From assembly GCA_964485195.1 (NCBI GenBank), contig CAZAIK010000008.1:1-55160 (forward strand): a DNA stretch of 55,160 nucleotides. Reading direction: 5' to 3'. Below the pieces are notes generated by a model that was given only the letters and a program-made list of their open reading frames with translations, made no database searches and was not told the DNA's origin. Position 1 is the stretch's first letter. The number at the start of each line of letters is the position of its first letter. The position numbers were made by a program, and so were the translations under genes. Shown here piece by piece: positions 18,497 through 28,388 of the stretch. This DNA is from an uncultured Methanosarcinales archaeon. GTDB taxonomy: Archaea > Nanobdellota > Nanobdellia > Woesearchaeales > CAIVOO01.

Positions 18497-19609
18497 TTAT
18501 TGTGTTGCCAAGTTAATTGCATTTATCAGCTCTTCATTTGCCCTTCTGTAAGTCCTTACTATGTCTATGAGCTGGACAATGTGCTGGTCCTTGAGGTTCC
18601 TGAAAAGCTCTGTCTGGTCTGCCACTGCGTTGGCTGTTGAATCAACATCCGCGCCTGCCCCTCTCATTGAGCGCAGGTTCTTCAGGAATTCATTCCTGTT
18701 TTCCTCAATTTTTTCGTCAGGGGACATTCTCACAGTCTCTGCCTGGTTAAGTATCCTTCTGGCAGCAGTTTCATAATTGTCAACCTTTTCCCTCAACTCC
18801 CCGATTTTCCCGACTATGGGGCTCAGGTCAGGGCCTTTCCCTTCTTCCCCTGCACTTTCAGAGGGTATTTCTGGCTCCTTTTTCCCCTCGCTGGGCTTGA
18901 GAAGCTGCCCGAGGATTCCCTCCTCGCCTGTAGGTGTTTCCTTACCCCCGCCTGCGAATATGGCCATGATGATGTGGTAAAGGAAAAGTATCATCGCAGC
19001 TGCAACCACAAGATTGCCCATCTCAACCCAGTTGTTTGAAAAAACCGCCACATCCAGGGGAATCCTGTTGTCCCCGATTGCAACCTCAACAACGCTCATG
19101 TAATTCGTTACCAAAGTTGCGAGGAAGTAAAAGACAACTGCCTTGATTCCGTGATTGACCCTCCTGGTGCTGACATTTTCAGACGGGCCTGTGGGGAATA
19201 GCTTGGTCTTGTAAATGAGATACAATAATGCAACCACGGGGATTGCCATCAGCAGGAATGAGACGACCACGCTGTAGGAGAATGCTATGGAAAGCACGAA
19301 AGGGTCGGGCATGAATATGACAGATATCAAAGCAATTGAGAAGGCAACAGGCAGGGCGTATTTTTTCTTGCCAAGGGTTTTCACTCCCATAAGTATTGCG
19401 TAAAAAACAGTGAAAAGCACAAGCCAGATGAGCAGCTTGATGAAAAGTATGGCTCCCAAAGCCTCGGAAACATCAACGAACACAAAAGAGACAAAGGTGT
19501 CAAGGGCGTCAGTCAGGGGGGAGAGGACGTTTTCCTGCGCAAGGGCAGAGGGAACAATCACAATACCCAAAACCATTGCAATGATTGGTATTAGAGTTTT
19601 CTTGTTCAT
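18497..19609 (-). CDS. Multi-pass membrane protein with soluble helical C-terminus
   Basis: Signal-like N-terminus, several TM segments; paralogous membrane domain to 19612-21291. Confidence 0.75.
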   Translation of the reverse strand: MNKKTLIPIIAMVLGIVIVPSALAQENVLSPLTDALDTFVSFVFVDVSEALGAILFIKLLIWLVLFTVFYAILMGVKTLGKKKYALPVAFSIALISVIFMPDPFVLSIAFSYSVVVSFLLMAIPVVALLYLIYKTKLFPTGPSENVSTRRVNHGIKAVVFYFLATLVTNYMSVVEVAIGDNRIPLDVAVFSNNWVEMGNLVVAAAMILFLYHIIMAIFAGGGKETPTGEEGILGQLLKPSEGKKEPEIPSESAGEEGKGPDLSPIVGKIGELREKVDNYETAARRILNQAETVRMSPDEKIEENRNEFLKNLRSMRGAGADVDSTANAVADQTELFRNLKDQHIVQLIDIVRTYRRANEELINAINLATQ

Positions 19610-19611
19610 TT

Positions 19612-21291
19612 TTAAGCATCCTGCAAAGTCTTTTTCCAATTTTCCATTATCCCTGTTATCCTTATCATTAACTCTTGTATTTGGCTTGTCAATTTTTCAC
19701 TGGTGTCTAAAATTTCTTTTTCTCTTTTCCTGACATCATCAATAAAAACAACAGCCACGCTGAACTTGTCCTGCATGCTTCCTATACTGTTACCGATTTT
19801 TCCCACCTCTTCTGCTGCCTTGTCAAAATTCTTCTGCTTAAAGTTGTCGTGTAATGTTTTGTCAAGATTATCATAATTATCCTTTAGTTTGTTTTTAAAA
19901 TTTTCTATCTTTCCAACTGAATTGGTGATTTTTGCTTCAATCTGAAATAAACTATCAGTTTGTGTTTGTATAAGTTCATTCCCTTCTTTTAACTGTTCTC
20001 TTGAATTCATTATCTCTGCTTTTGCTTTTTCAAGATCGCGTTTTGCATCAGAGGAGTTTTCACCTTGGGGTAAATTTGCTAACTTTTGATCAATAATTTT
20101 TTCTATACTGTTAATTTCTTGAGTAATCTTTCTCATTTGTTCGGCAATTTCATCGTAACTAACCTTAACACTTTGCGAGTTGCTCAAAACATTCCGCAAA
20201 ACTGTATCATAGTTTTCAAACGATTCAACAATTCCGTTGACAACTGATGAAATGTTGTCCAGCTTTTCCTGTATGTCCTGCTGTCTTGAGTTAACCCTGT
20301 CGTAATAGTCATTTATTGTGGCCTGGACTGCTCCGGGGGAAGTGCTGTATTCCTCATATGTCTTCCAAAGCTCACCGAAATTCTTGATGTTCTCAGACAG
20401 CTCTTCCATAGCATTCTGCAAGTCTGTGAGCTTGGTGGCGTCCTGGGCAAAGTCCCTCTCAGCATACATCATATTCGTGTCAAAATCCCTGTTGAAGTTT
20501 TCAAGTGCGTCTCTTAATTCATTCAGCTTATCTGTGGCTTGGCCTGCGCTCTGCTGGACATCGCTGGGGGTTGGGCCTGCTGGCGTTCCCCCTCCTGTAA
20601 CAGAAGGGATTCCTCCGCCTCCTGCGCCCTTGAAAGGGCTGATTCTGCTAATAAATGAACTTCCCCTTCCGCTCCTGCTTATGATTTTATAGCCTGCATA
20701 GACGATGAAGAAGCCGAAGACGAACAAAAGATAGGTAATCCACTCCCCTCCAAGCACATCCTCAAATTCAGGGATTTTCTGGATAACATCCCTGAAGCTT
20801 ACAGTGTAATAGAAGCCGAAAATCATCACAGCCATTTCAATGATGTAAGCCACGGTCTTGTACCTTTCCTCAACAGTGCTCTCTATGAACTTGTAGAGGA
20901 AAAAAACTGCCACGATGGGAAGTGCGTAAAATATGACTGTTGCAATCCCGCTGTATGTCGTGGCTATTGTAAGAACGGTCTCGTTGGGGATGAACATTAT
21001 GGAGAGCATTCCCAGGGCGAAGGAGACGACTCCTGCAACTCCCCTGTGCCCCTTGAAAATCAGGGATAATATTGCGAAGAGAGGCAGTATTATCACCAGG
21101 GCCATAAGGACCTTGATGTAAAGAACTACGTTTGCGTCCTGCGGGTTCAGCAGGAATCCGAAGTTTTCAACAAAGACCTGAAGCAATGTTTCAACAGCAC
21201 CGGGCCTTTCCTGCGCAAAAGCGTTGTTGGCAAGAAAGGGAGTTACCAAAAGAAGGGCGAGTAACAAGATGATTGCTGTTTTCCTTTTCAT
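19612..21291 (-). CDS. Multi-pass membrane protein with long coiled-coil C-terminus
   Basis: Signal peptide, TM segments, Gly/Pro linker, about 300 aa of heptads. Confidence 0.78.
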   Translation of the reverse strand: MKRKTAIILLLALLLVTPFLANNAFAQERPGAVETLLQVFVENFGFLLNPQDANVVLYIKVLMALVIILPLFAILSLIFKGHRGVAGVVSFALGMLSIMFIPNETVLTIATTYSGIATVIFYALPIVAVFFLYKFIESTVEERYKTVAYIIEMAVMIFGFYYTVSFRDVIQKIPEFEDVLGGEWITYLLFVFGFFIVYAGYKIISRSGRGSSFISRISPFKGAGGGGIPSVTGGGTPAGPTPSDVQQSAGQATDKLNELRDALENFNRDFDTNMMYAERDFAQDATKLTDLQNAMEELSENIKNFGELWKTYEEYSTSPGAVQATINDYYDRVNSRQQDIQEKLDNISSVVNGIVESFENYDTVLRNVLSNSQSVKVSYDEIAEQMRKITQEINSIEKIIDQKLANLPQGENSSDAKRDLEKAKAEIMNSREQLKEGNELIQTQTDSLFQIEAKITNSVGKIENFKNKLKDNYDNLDKTLHDNFKQKNFDKAAEEVGKIGNSIGSMQDKFSVAVVFIDDVRKREKEILDTSEKLTSQIQELMIRITGIMENWKKTLQDA

Positions 21292-21395
21292 CCAAACACC
21301 TTTAAGGCTTTATAAATTTAGTTTTTTTTCTATATTTAAAGGTTTTGCTATTTTAATGTGATTTCAGTTTTCTTTAAAAAATTAAAAATCCAAAA

Positions 21396-21530
21396 CTTAA
21401 TCCCGCTCCTGTTTTTCATTTCGCTTCAATTGCCAGAGCTGCTTTAAACTGCTTTCAGCAATTAATATTTGTTTCCTGTATGGCGCTTGGGCAGAAGAAG
21501 CAGAACGCAGATAGATGTTAATGCAGGAAG
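21396..21530 (+). ncRNA. Putative structured ncRNA or dispersed element, copy B
   Basis: Homologous to 8557-8728(-); tttaaaaa at 21373-21380 upstream and a T-tract immediately downstream. Confidence 0.45.
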
Positions 21531-21616
21531 CATTTTTTGTTTTACTATTATTAGCTAATCCCAAATCACTGTATTTTATCAAAAAATTTATATACTCTTA
21601 TAAAAAATAAGGCCTT

Positions 21617-22066
21617 ATGGCAGAGGCGACACTTGTTATTATGCCCGCGATTGTTAGCGGGCTTGTGATAGGAATTTATGAGGCAGTCCTTCTTCACCGT
21701 GACGTTACCATTCCAACGCACAGGTTCGGGCATATGATTCACGCAATGATAATTGCCTTAATCGCAGCTTTCGCGGTTTTCAACGTTCCCTTTGTTTTCA
21801 GCTTCATCTCCCAGCTTGAAGGAATCCCTTTCCTTGGGACAGTGCTGGGTTTCAGGATTCTGATAGGCTTCATTATGATGATCAAGATTCACGGGGTTTC
21901 AGCAGCTCTTAAGGGTGCTGGGATGGCCCAGCACGGGATGAGGGAAACCTGGCTTCACTCCCTGATAGTTGCCGCGCTTGTCATAGCAGCTCCTTATGCC
22001 TGGCCTGTTGTTTCGCCTTTCCTTCCGGCCTGGGCTGGCGGGGCAGCAGCGTCTGCCAACTCTTAA
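21617..22066 (+). CDS. Hypothetical four-TM membrane protein, His-rich
   Basis: Four hydrophobic segments; HRD, HRFGHMIH, ETWLH. Confidence 0.75.
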   Translation: MAEATLVIMPAIVSGLVIGIYEAVLLHRDVTIPTHRFGHMIHAMIIALIAAFAVFNVPFVFSFISQLEGIPFLGTVLGFRILIGFIMMIKIHGVSAALKGAGMAQHGMRETWLHSLIVAALVIAAPYAWPVVSPFLPAWAGGAAASANS

Positions 22067-22105
22067 AGAACAATATTTATATAATCCATTCTTTTCATTA
22101 TTAGG

Positions 22106-22702
22106 ATGACAAGAGGGTATGATGCAAAAGAGGGTTTGATAATCATTAACAGGGAATTGACAGATTTAGACGTGTTCCTGAGGGACTTTCTTGAAATACT
22201 GAAAAAACACACAGATTATCTTGTGGTGAGCGGGTTTGTGAGCATCTCAACAGGCAGGGCAAGAGGAACTGAGGACATTGACATTCTAGTCCTGAAGCCT
22301 GGGAGGGAGAAGTTTGAGAGATTATTCAATGACTTGGTAAAGAAAGGCTTTTGGTGTTATCAGGGCGACACAGCCCAGGAAGCATACTCTTACTTTGAAA
22401 AGCTGAACAGCATCAGGTTTGCAAGGGAGAACGGGATTTTCCCCAATGCCGAGCTTGTTCCAATCATCCCGGCCAAGAAAGCGCAGTTTTTTGAGTTTAA
22501 CCATCCGCAGAGGATGAAAGTAAAAAATTTTGAGTTTAAGATACCCCCGATTGAATTTGAAATATTATACAAGGAGTTGGTTCTGAAAGGGAAAAAGGAC
22601 GTGGAGGACGCCAGGCACTTGAGGACATTCTTTTCCGGGATGCTTAAGGAAGAGAAATTTAAGGAATATAAGAAAATCATAGAGGATGAAGCCAAAGACT
22701 GA
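22106..22702 (+). CDS. Pol-beta-like nucleotidyltransferase
   Basis: VSGFVSISTGRARGTEDIDIL and C-terminal KDVEDARHL. Confidence 0.75.
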   Translation: MTRGYDAKEGLIIINRELTDLDVFLRDFLEILKKHTDYLVVSGFVSISTGRARGTEDIDILVLKPGREKFERLFNDLVKKGFWCYQGDTAQEAYSYFEKLNSIRFARENGIFPNAELVPIIPAKKAQFFEFNHPQRMKVKNFEFKIPPIEFEILYKELVLKGKKDVEDARHLRTFFSGMLKEEKFKEYKKIIEDEAKD

Positions 22703-22880
22703 TTTGGATTATGTGGAGCTGTATGCTGAAAGGCTCAAGAAGGACAACACCCTGTTTAAACAGCAGAAGAAGCTCATTGAATCGCAGCTGAAAAGCAGCT
22801 CTTCCCTGTTCAGGAATATGTTCGGCAGGGCTGATTTCAGGAAGAATGCAAGGAAGTATCTTGAAAATTTTTATTCATAA
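22686..22880 (+). CDS. Small hypothetical protein coupled to the nucleotidyltransferase
   Basis: 64-aa ORF overlapping the upstream stop. Confidence 0.65.
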   Translation: MKPKTDLDYVELYAERLKKDNTLFKQQKKLIESQLKSSSSLFRNMFGRADFRKNARKYLENFYS

Positions 22881-23138
22881 TCACTCTATCATTATCTTTG
22901 CAGAAATGGACTGGCCCGGCATTCCCTTCTCAAACAGCACCCTGACAGCTCCCTTGTTTCCGTGCGCAGCGGTTATTTTTCCCTTTATCTCCTTTTTTGA
23001 GGGGCTTGTCCAGGTGGCTGTTTTTCCAACAAGCTTTTCAGCTTTTTCCTTGGTGTCAACGCCTTCAACCACAACAACCATCTGGTTGCCCTTCTGATGG
23101 TGCCTTGCGCTCCTGAAGTTTGCTATTGTCCCTTCCAT
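22881..23138 (-). CDS. rpl35ae: 50S ribosomal protein L35Ae
   Basis: GKITAAHGNKGAVRVLFEKGMPGQ. Confidence 0.93.
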   Translation of the reverse strand: MEGTIANFRSARHHQKGNQMVVVVEGVDTKEKAEKLVGKTATWTSPSKKEIKGKITAAHGNKGAVRVLFEKGMPGQSISAKIMIE

Positions 23139-23161
23139 ACCCAGAAAAGAAAACAGGTTGT

Positions 23162-23929
23162 TTATAAAGGTTTATGTTTGGGAATATCTGATTTCCTGGG
23201 CATCGCCCCTTCCCACAATACCTTGAAATATTCCTTGTAGGACTCTGCCACCTGCCTGTTCTTTATCCTTATTATTATTGGAGTTTCATTCCACAGGACC
23301 AAGGCAACCTCATCCCCGCAGATGTTCGTTGAAACTGCGGACTCAAACTTCTGGGGCAGGGCTCGCGCCTTTGTCAATGGCAGGGTGTTCAGGTAGTCTA
23401 TCCTCTCTCCTGCGTTGAAATTGTATATGTGCCTCATCCCAATACCCTTCTCTATCCTCACCTCGTGGAAGTGGGGTATGAAATTTTTCATCATTTCAGG
23501 GGCGTTTTTCGGGATGCCGTATGTCAGTATCGGCTCGTTGAATTCCAGCCAGGAAAGAAGCATTTTCTGGAATGCGTGGATTCCCTCCAAAACTGAAGCT
23601 TCGCTCGGCTCCCCTGCGAATCTCTTTGACATCAGCAGTTCAGGCAATACCTTGTCAAGCGCAAGCTCCTTTTCCTTCAGCACGTTTTTCAAAAGCAGAG
23701 GGTCCAGAATGTCATAGAATTTCTTGTCCTTTTTTGTGATGTATGAGACCAGCCCCTTTTTCACCAGCCTGTTAAGCGCGTCGTAAGTGTTGGTCCTGTG
23801 TATCCTGACTTTTTTTGAGATTTCCCACGAGGTTGAGGAGCCCAGCTCCAATAATGCGAGGTAAACCTTTACCTCATTCTTTGTGAGCCCAAGGCTTTCA
23901 AGGACTTCCTCTTTCAGGCCACTCCCCAT
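23162..23929 (-). CDS. TrmB-family transcriptional regulator
   Basis: LESLGLTKNEVKVYLALL...HRTNTYDALNRLVKKGLV. Confidence 0.88.
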   Translation of the reverse strand: MGSGLKEEVLESLGLTKNEVKVYLALLELGSSTSWEISKKVRIHRTNTYDALNRLVKKGLVSYITKKDKKFYDILDPLLLKNVLKEKELALDKVLPELLMSKRFAGEPSEASVLEGIHAFQKMLLSWLEFNEPILTYGIPKNAPEMMKNFIPHFHEVRIEKGIGMRHIYNFNAGERIDYLNTLPLTKARALPQKFESAVSTNICGDEVALVLWNETPIIIRIKNRQVAESYKEYFKVLWEGAMPRKSDIPKHKPL

Positions 23930-24055
23930 AAAAGTGTTTTTACTCCGGAGTTTAAAAAATTTTGGGATTTTCCGGAAGATTTATCATATAAAGGATGCAT
24001 CTAATAAGGTGCGAACCAAAAAGTTTAAATAACGAAACCAATTATTGGTCTACTG

Positions 24056-25792
24056 ATGAAGGGTAAAGACATCACAATTGCGATTCTCATAGCAGTTATT
24101 GCTGTAATGGCAGCTGCCCTAATCACGGTTTTCTACCAGCCGGGAATCTTCTCGCCGACTGCAGGCCAGGCAATAACACTGCCTGACTCCCCTGTTGCAG
24201 AATGGAGTGGTCCCAAAACATTCACTGGAGACTCTTCTGAAAGGGTTGCGCTGGACCAGCCCGAGCTGAAATTCGGAGGGGAATTAACAGTTTCAGCACA
24301 CGCAACTTATGTTTCTGGAAATGATGGTTATGTTGTCACAAGATGGGGAAGCTCAACAAGTGGAAGAGCTTTCATATTAAGAAGGTGGGAAAGGAACAAG
24401 ACAGGTGTTGTTGAACAATGCGCAGGGTTCTGGCTTAAGCCCTCAGGCAGGCAGGACGCTGTTGTCACGTGCCAGCAAAACCTGTTTAACACAACCCCTG
24501 GAGTTTACACTCATTATGTTGCAACTCACAATGGAACTAAAATGAAATTATTCATTGACGGAGAGCTGGTGGGCTCAAAATCATTGCCATACCCAATGCA
24601 GGCAGGAGACTATCCCACAGTAATTGGAAGCGATGCCAATGGTGGCAGGCCTTTCGCAGGAGAGATTAAGGACGTGCAGATTTTTGACAAGTCATTGCCT
24701 CCTGAAGGAGCTGTTGAAGAGAGGCAGATTGAAGTTAAGAGCGTTCCAGGCTCGCAAGTGGAGTATGACGGCAACGTTGTTGACACACCAAGCAACATAT
24801 CAACCAATGAAAGTGAAATTACCCTAACAGTGAAATTTCCGAACCAGCTTCCGACAGCAACCATCAGCGCGCCTTCTGACAGCTCATCATTTAATGAGGG
24901 CGAGTCAATAACCTTTTCAGGTTCAGGAGAGGACGAAGAAGACGGAAATCTCACAGGTTCCTCACTGCAGTGGTCGTCAGATATCGATGGAAACATAGGA
25001 ACAGGGGAGTCAATCAGCACAACATTGTCAGCAGGAAACCATATCATTAATTTAACAGCAACAGACAGCAGGGGAGACACCGGAAGCGACAGCATAGCTG
25101 TTGAAATAGTTGCTGGAGAGAACCAGCCGCCGGTCATAATGATAAAAGGAGGCACTGTGAGAGGAACTAATTACTTTAACTTCCAGGCAAATGCTACTGA
25201 CGCTGAGGACGGCCAGTTATCAGGAGACAGCATAAGATGGTATTTTAAGGATGGAGATGATTATGTGCATTTCGTGAATGGAAACCAAGGGAATTTGCCT
25301 TTGAACCCGTTAATAACGCACCAACTACTTGCAGAAGCTATTGATTCTCAGGGAGCAACAGCAAGAGATAACAAAACCTTCACTTTTGACGACCAAGTCT
25401 TTTTCAATGAAATCCTTCCTAGAGAGTCCATTGAAGGGCATGATGGCAGGCATTATGAAGTTTTGGGAGTGTTTGAAGAAGACGGCGGTTCGTGTGATGA
25501 TGTTGATGCGGGTGCTTATGCTGGTACCGGAGCTAACATAAGATGCACTGTGAATGATACTGGTTATCATTATGAGGATGCCTGCGACAAATTTAAAACA
25601 TCGGTTATTGAATTTGCCCTTGGAGAGTCTTTTATGGGAACTCCTGCTGACCCTGTATTGATGGATTACATTCACGAGGTTGTAAGCTCATACCATCCAG
25701 AATGGAGCCCTGACCTGAACAATAAAGCGTTTATATTGTCAACGGGTAATGTAAACTGTGTTATCGGATCAGGAGGAAGCTATGCCACATAG
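24056..25792 (+). CDS. Cell-surface protein with LamG-like and PKD/Ig-like domains
   Basis: N-terminal TM/signal; HYVATHNGTKMKLFIDG and FAGEIKDVQIFD (LamG); FSGSGEDEEDG...WSSDIDG...LTATDS (PKD). Confidence 0.82.
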   Translation: MKGKDITIAILIAVIAVMAAALITVFYQPGIFSPTAGQAITLPDSPVAEWSGPKTFTGDSSERVALDQPELKFGGELTVSAHATYVSGNDGYVVTRWGSSTSGRAFILRRWERNKTGVVEQCAGFWLKPSGRQDAVVTCQQNLFNTTPGVYTHYVATHNGTKMKLFIDGELVGSKSLPYPMQAGDYPTVIGSDANGGRPFAGEIKDVQIFDKSLPPEGAVEERQIEVKSVPGSQVEYDGNVVDTPSNISTNESEITLTVKFPNQLPTATISAPSDSSSFNEGESITFSGSGEDEEDGNLTGSSLQWSSDIDGNIGTGESISTTLSAGNHIINLTATDSRGDTGSDSIAVEIVAGENQPPVIMIKGGTVRGTNYFNFQANATDAEDGQLSGDSIRWYFKDGDDYVHFVNGNQGNLPLNPLITHQLLAEAIDSQGATARDNKTFTFDDQVFFNEILPRESIEGHDGRHYEVLGVFEEDGGSCDDVDAGAYAGTGANIRCTVNDTGYHYEDACDKFKTSVIEFALGESFMGTPADPVLMDYIHEVVSSYHPEWSPDLNNKAFILSTGNVNCVIGSGGSYAT

Positions 25793-25867
25793 GTTTGGAA
25801 CCATTTTTTAGTCCATTATCTTTCCCATTTTTTCTAAGAATTAAAACCAGAAAAAAAACAAAATAAT

Positions 25868-26614
25868 TTAACGTCTGTCAGCGTCGTAGGCTGTTTTTAA
25901 CGTGCCTGCGCTCCTCAGGTATTTTAGCACTCCTGGCTCCGGAGACCTTTCCAAGGGCTCATATTCACTACTCTGCCACGCATTGCTGAATGCGTAGGTG
26001 TAATTTTCGTAAACCTTCTCTCTTTTCTTGTCAGCCTCTGCAAGATTCATTGCCATTCTCTGGGCAACCCTCCTGCTCTGGGCAAGCGCCCTTCCAAGGT
26101 CCTCAAGCTCTCTAATCCCGCTTCCATCAAGGCCTGTGCTGTGAAGTCTCCTGCACGCCTTGTCCAGCGTGCTCAAAATTATTCTTCCTGCTGTCCATTT
26201 TGTTGCCTCGGCATTCATCCTTGCATAGCTTGAATTCATCCTGTCAAGGTCCTCAAGGCACATTTCAGAAAACCTGTCCCATTGTTCACTTGTCGGGCCT
26301 GGCCGTGCTGCAGCCACCATATTAGTCAGGCCCTGGTTTGCCTGCTCATTATTGCCATAGACCTTTTCAAGGTCGTTGTACCACTCCTTGTGCCTGTTGA
26401 TAACGCTTGTTGCAATTTCCCTGGCATCCTTCCCGTCATTCAGGGATGAGCCGAACACTTCAACCCTGCATTCCAGGGACTTTACTGCGTCCACAACATT
26501 TCTGAGCTCGTCGGTGCCAACAGCATCAATTACACTGTCAAAGTCTTCCTTAGCACCAGCATACTTAAGAATCATTCCCTCTGTTGAGTTTAATATTTCT
26601 GTTTCATCTGACAT
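25868..26614 (-). CDS. Hypothetical helical protein
   Basis: About 248-aa ORF from MSDET. Confidence 0.6.
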   Translation of the reverse strand: MSDETEILNSTEGMILKYAGAKEDFDSVIDAVGTDELRNVVDAVKSLECRVEVFGSSLNDGKDAREIATSVINRHKEWYNDLEKVYGNNEQANQGLTNMVAAARPGPTSEQWDRFSEMCLEDLDRMNSSYARMNAEATKWTAGRIILSTLDKACRRLHSTGLDGSGIRELEDLGRALAQSRRVAQRMAMNLAEADKKREKVYENYTYAFSNAWQSSEYEPLERSPEPGVLKYLRSAGTLKTAYDADRR

Positions 26615-26677
26615 TTTATTACCTTTAAAGAAACAGCTCATATATAAATCTTTCTATTTTTTACTACTTCATAATGG

Positions 26678-27178
26678 TTATAATCCTTTGTGGAGTCTTT
26701 CCATCTGGTCCTGAAGATGCCCAAGCTGGAAGGCGTAATGATGGAGTGTATCGCGCATTTCCCTGAGAAAAACCATTCTCCTGTAAGCAGAGGAATTATT
26801 GTTTTTCAAAAAGTCCTCAGGAACAAGCTCCAGAATCCTCAGGGCGGGCCTGAACTTGGTATCATACTCCTCTTTCAGCCTTGACTGGATTCTTGAAACA
26901 CCCTCACCTTTTGCATTCAAGCCGGCAGAACCAGCAATTAGGCCTCTCTTCGTCAGCTCAGAAACCCTTGAAGCCAGGCCCTGTCGCAAGCCACCCCATT
27001 GCAGGCTGAAAAACCTGTCTTCAGCAGCACTTTCAATCTCACGATCATCCAGGTGGTCAAGCCATATGTTAAGGGGAAATGTTTTTTCAGAACCAATAAA
27101 ATCAAGTATTTCTGCATATCTGCCTTCCTGCGCAAGCCCTTTCAGCCTTTCATACTCCTTTTGGAAATCATCCTGCAT
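26678..27178 (-). CDS. Hypothetical protein
   Basis: 166-aa ATG ORF. Confidence 0.6.
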   Translation of the reverse strand: MQDDFQKEYERLKGLAQEGRYAEILDFIGSEKTFPLNIWLDHLDDREIESAAEDRFFSLQWGGLRQGLASRVSELTKRGLIAGSAGLNAKGEGVSRIQSRLKEEYDTKFRPALRILELVPEDFLKNNNSSAYRRMVFLREMRDTLHHYAFQLGHLQDQMERLHKGL

Positions 27179-27267
27179 ATGCCCTCTAAACAGCTATGCT
27201 ATTTATCTTTTTTCAGAAACATTTAAATAGGGGTGTTATACAATTCAAAACAAAGGGGGATTTAAAA

Positions 27268-27492
27268 ATGGAAGCATCAAGACCATTAGACACATTAAAC
27301 AAATCAAAGGGAAAAAGAGTGATAGTGGAGCTGAAAGGCGGAAAGCAATATGTTGGAATACTGAACGCCTTTGACATTCACATAAACCTCGTGCTGGACG
27401 AGTGTGAGGAAAGAGAGGACAATGAGACCAAGAGAAAGCTGGGCACGGCTTTCATAAGAGGGGACACCATAATCATAATTTTCCCGGCCTAA
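27268..27492 (+). CDS. Sm-like (Lsm) RNA-binding protein
   Basis: RPLDTL, GILNAFDIHINLVL, FIRGDTI. Confidence 0.93.
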   Translation: MEASRPLDTLNKSKGKRVIVELKGGKQYVGILNAFDIHINLVLDECEEREDNETKRKLGTAFIRGDTIIIIFPA

Positions 27493-27493
27493 A

Positions 27494-27655
27494 ATGACCA
27501 AAGGAACGCCTTCTAAGGGAAAACAGTCAGGAAAGATATCGCATATCCACTGCAGGAGGTGCGGCAGCAAGTCCTATCACGCTTCCAGGAAGGTATGCGC
27601 TTCCTGCGGCTACGGGAGAACAAAAAAACTAAGGCAGTACAGCTGGCAGACATAA
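27494..27655 (+). CDS. rpl37e: 50S ribosomal protein L37e (absent from the ORF track)
   Basis: Hand translation MTKGTPSKGKQSGKISHIHCRRCGSKSYHASRKVCASCGYGRTKKLRQYSWQT. Confidence 0.95.
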   Translation: MTKGTPSKGKQSGKISHIHCRRCGSKSYHASRKVCASCGYGRTKKLRQYSWQT

Positions 27656-27656
27656 A

Positions 27657-28037
27657 ATGGCAATCTCACACGGAAGACCGAAAAGGAGAAGCACGGGAAA
27701 AAGATACAAGAAAGTAGGCGCCAAGAAGGTCAAAGACCTTGGAAGAGCGCCCACCCACACCAGCGTCGGAGAAAAAAAGCTGAGGAACGTGAGAGGGAGG
27801 GGCGACAACAGGAAATACGCGCTTTTCTCAGTAGATGTTGCAAACGTTCTTGACAGGAAAACAAAAAAGGCGGTGAAGGCAAAAATCACAAGAGTGCTGG
27901 AGAACCCTGCCAACAGGAACTACGTGAGAAGAAACGTAATAACAAAGGGCGCTGTCCTGGAAACTGAAAAGGGCAAGGCAAAGGTCACTTCAAGGCCGGG
28001 CCAGGACGGCACTGTTAACGCGGTGCTTGTTGAGTAA
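27657..28037 (+). CDS. rps8e: 30S ribosomal protein S8e
   Basis: ENPANRNYVRRNVITKG, VTSRPGQDGTVNAVL. Confidence 0.96.
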   Translation: MAISHGRPKRRSTGKRYKKVGAKKVKDLGRAPTHTSVGEKKLRNVRGRGDNRKYALFSVDVANVLDRKTKKAVKAKITRVLENPANRNYVRRNVITKGAVLETEKGKAKVTSRPGQDGTVNAVLVE

Positions 28038-28070
28038 ATGCTTATAAATAATTATTTATTCTCTCTTTAG

Positions 28071-28388
28071 ATGTTCAGGGTCATCGGCACAGACACTTAC
28101 CTTAAGGGAATCGATAAGCTGCCAAAGGAGTACAAAGAGACAGCGCATAAAATCCCCAAAAGATTGGCTGAAAACCCTTTGACAGGAACACCATTGAGCT
28201 ATCCTTTCTTGCGAGAAAGCAGGATAAAAGAAAAAAGGATTTATTATCTTGTCTATGAAGACCTTAAACTTGTATTATTAGTTGCAGTCAGCGGTAAAAA
28301 GAACCAACAGGCAACAATAGACCATGTAAAAGAACATCTAGCGAAGTTTAAAAAAATAGCAGCAGATATTGCTAAGAAAGTCTCTTGA
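28071..28388 (+). CDS. RelE/ParE-like toxin
   Basis: LAENPLTGTPL..LRESRIKEKRIYYLVY. Confidence 0.65.
   Translation: MFRVIGTDTYLKGIDKLPKEYKETAHKIPKRLAENPLTGTPLSYPFLRESRIKEKRIYYLVYEDLKLVLLVAVSGKKNQQATIDHVKEHLAKFKKIAADIAKKVS

Noticed and set aside
27268..27655. Sm gene adjacent to rpl37e
   Set aside because: Well-known conserved archaeal gene pair.
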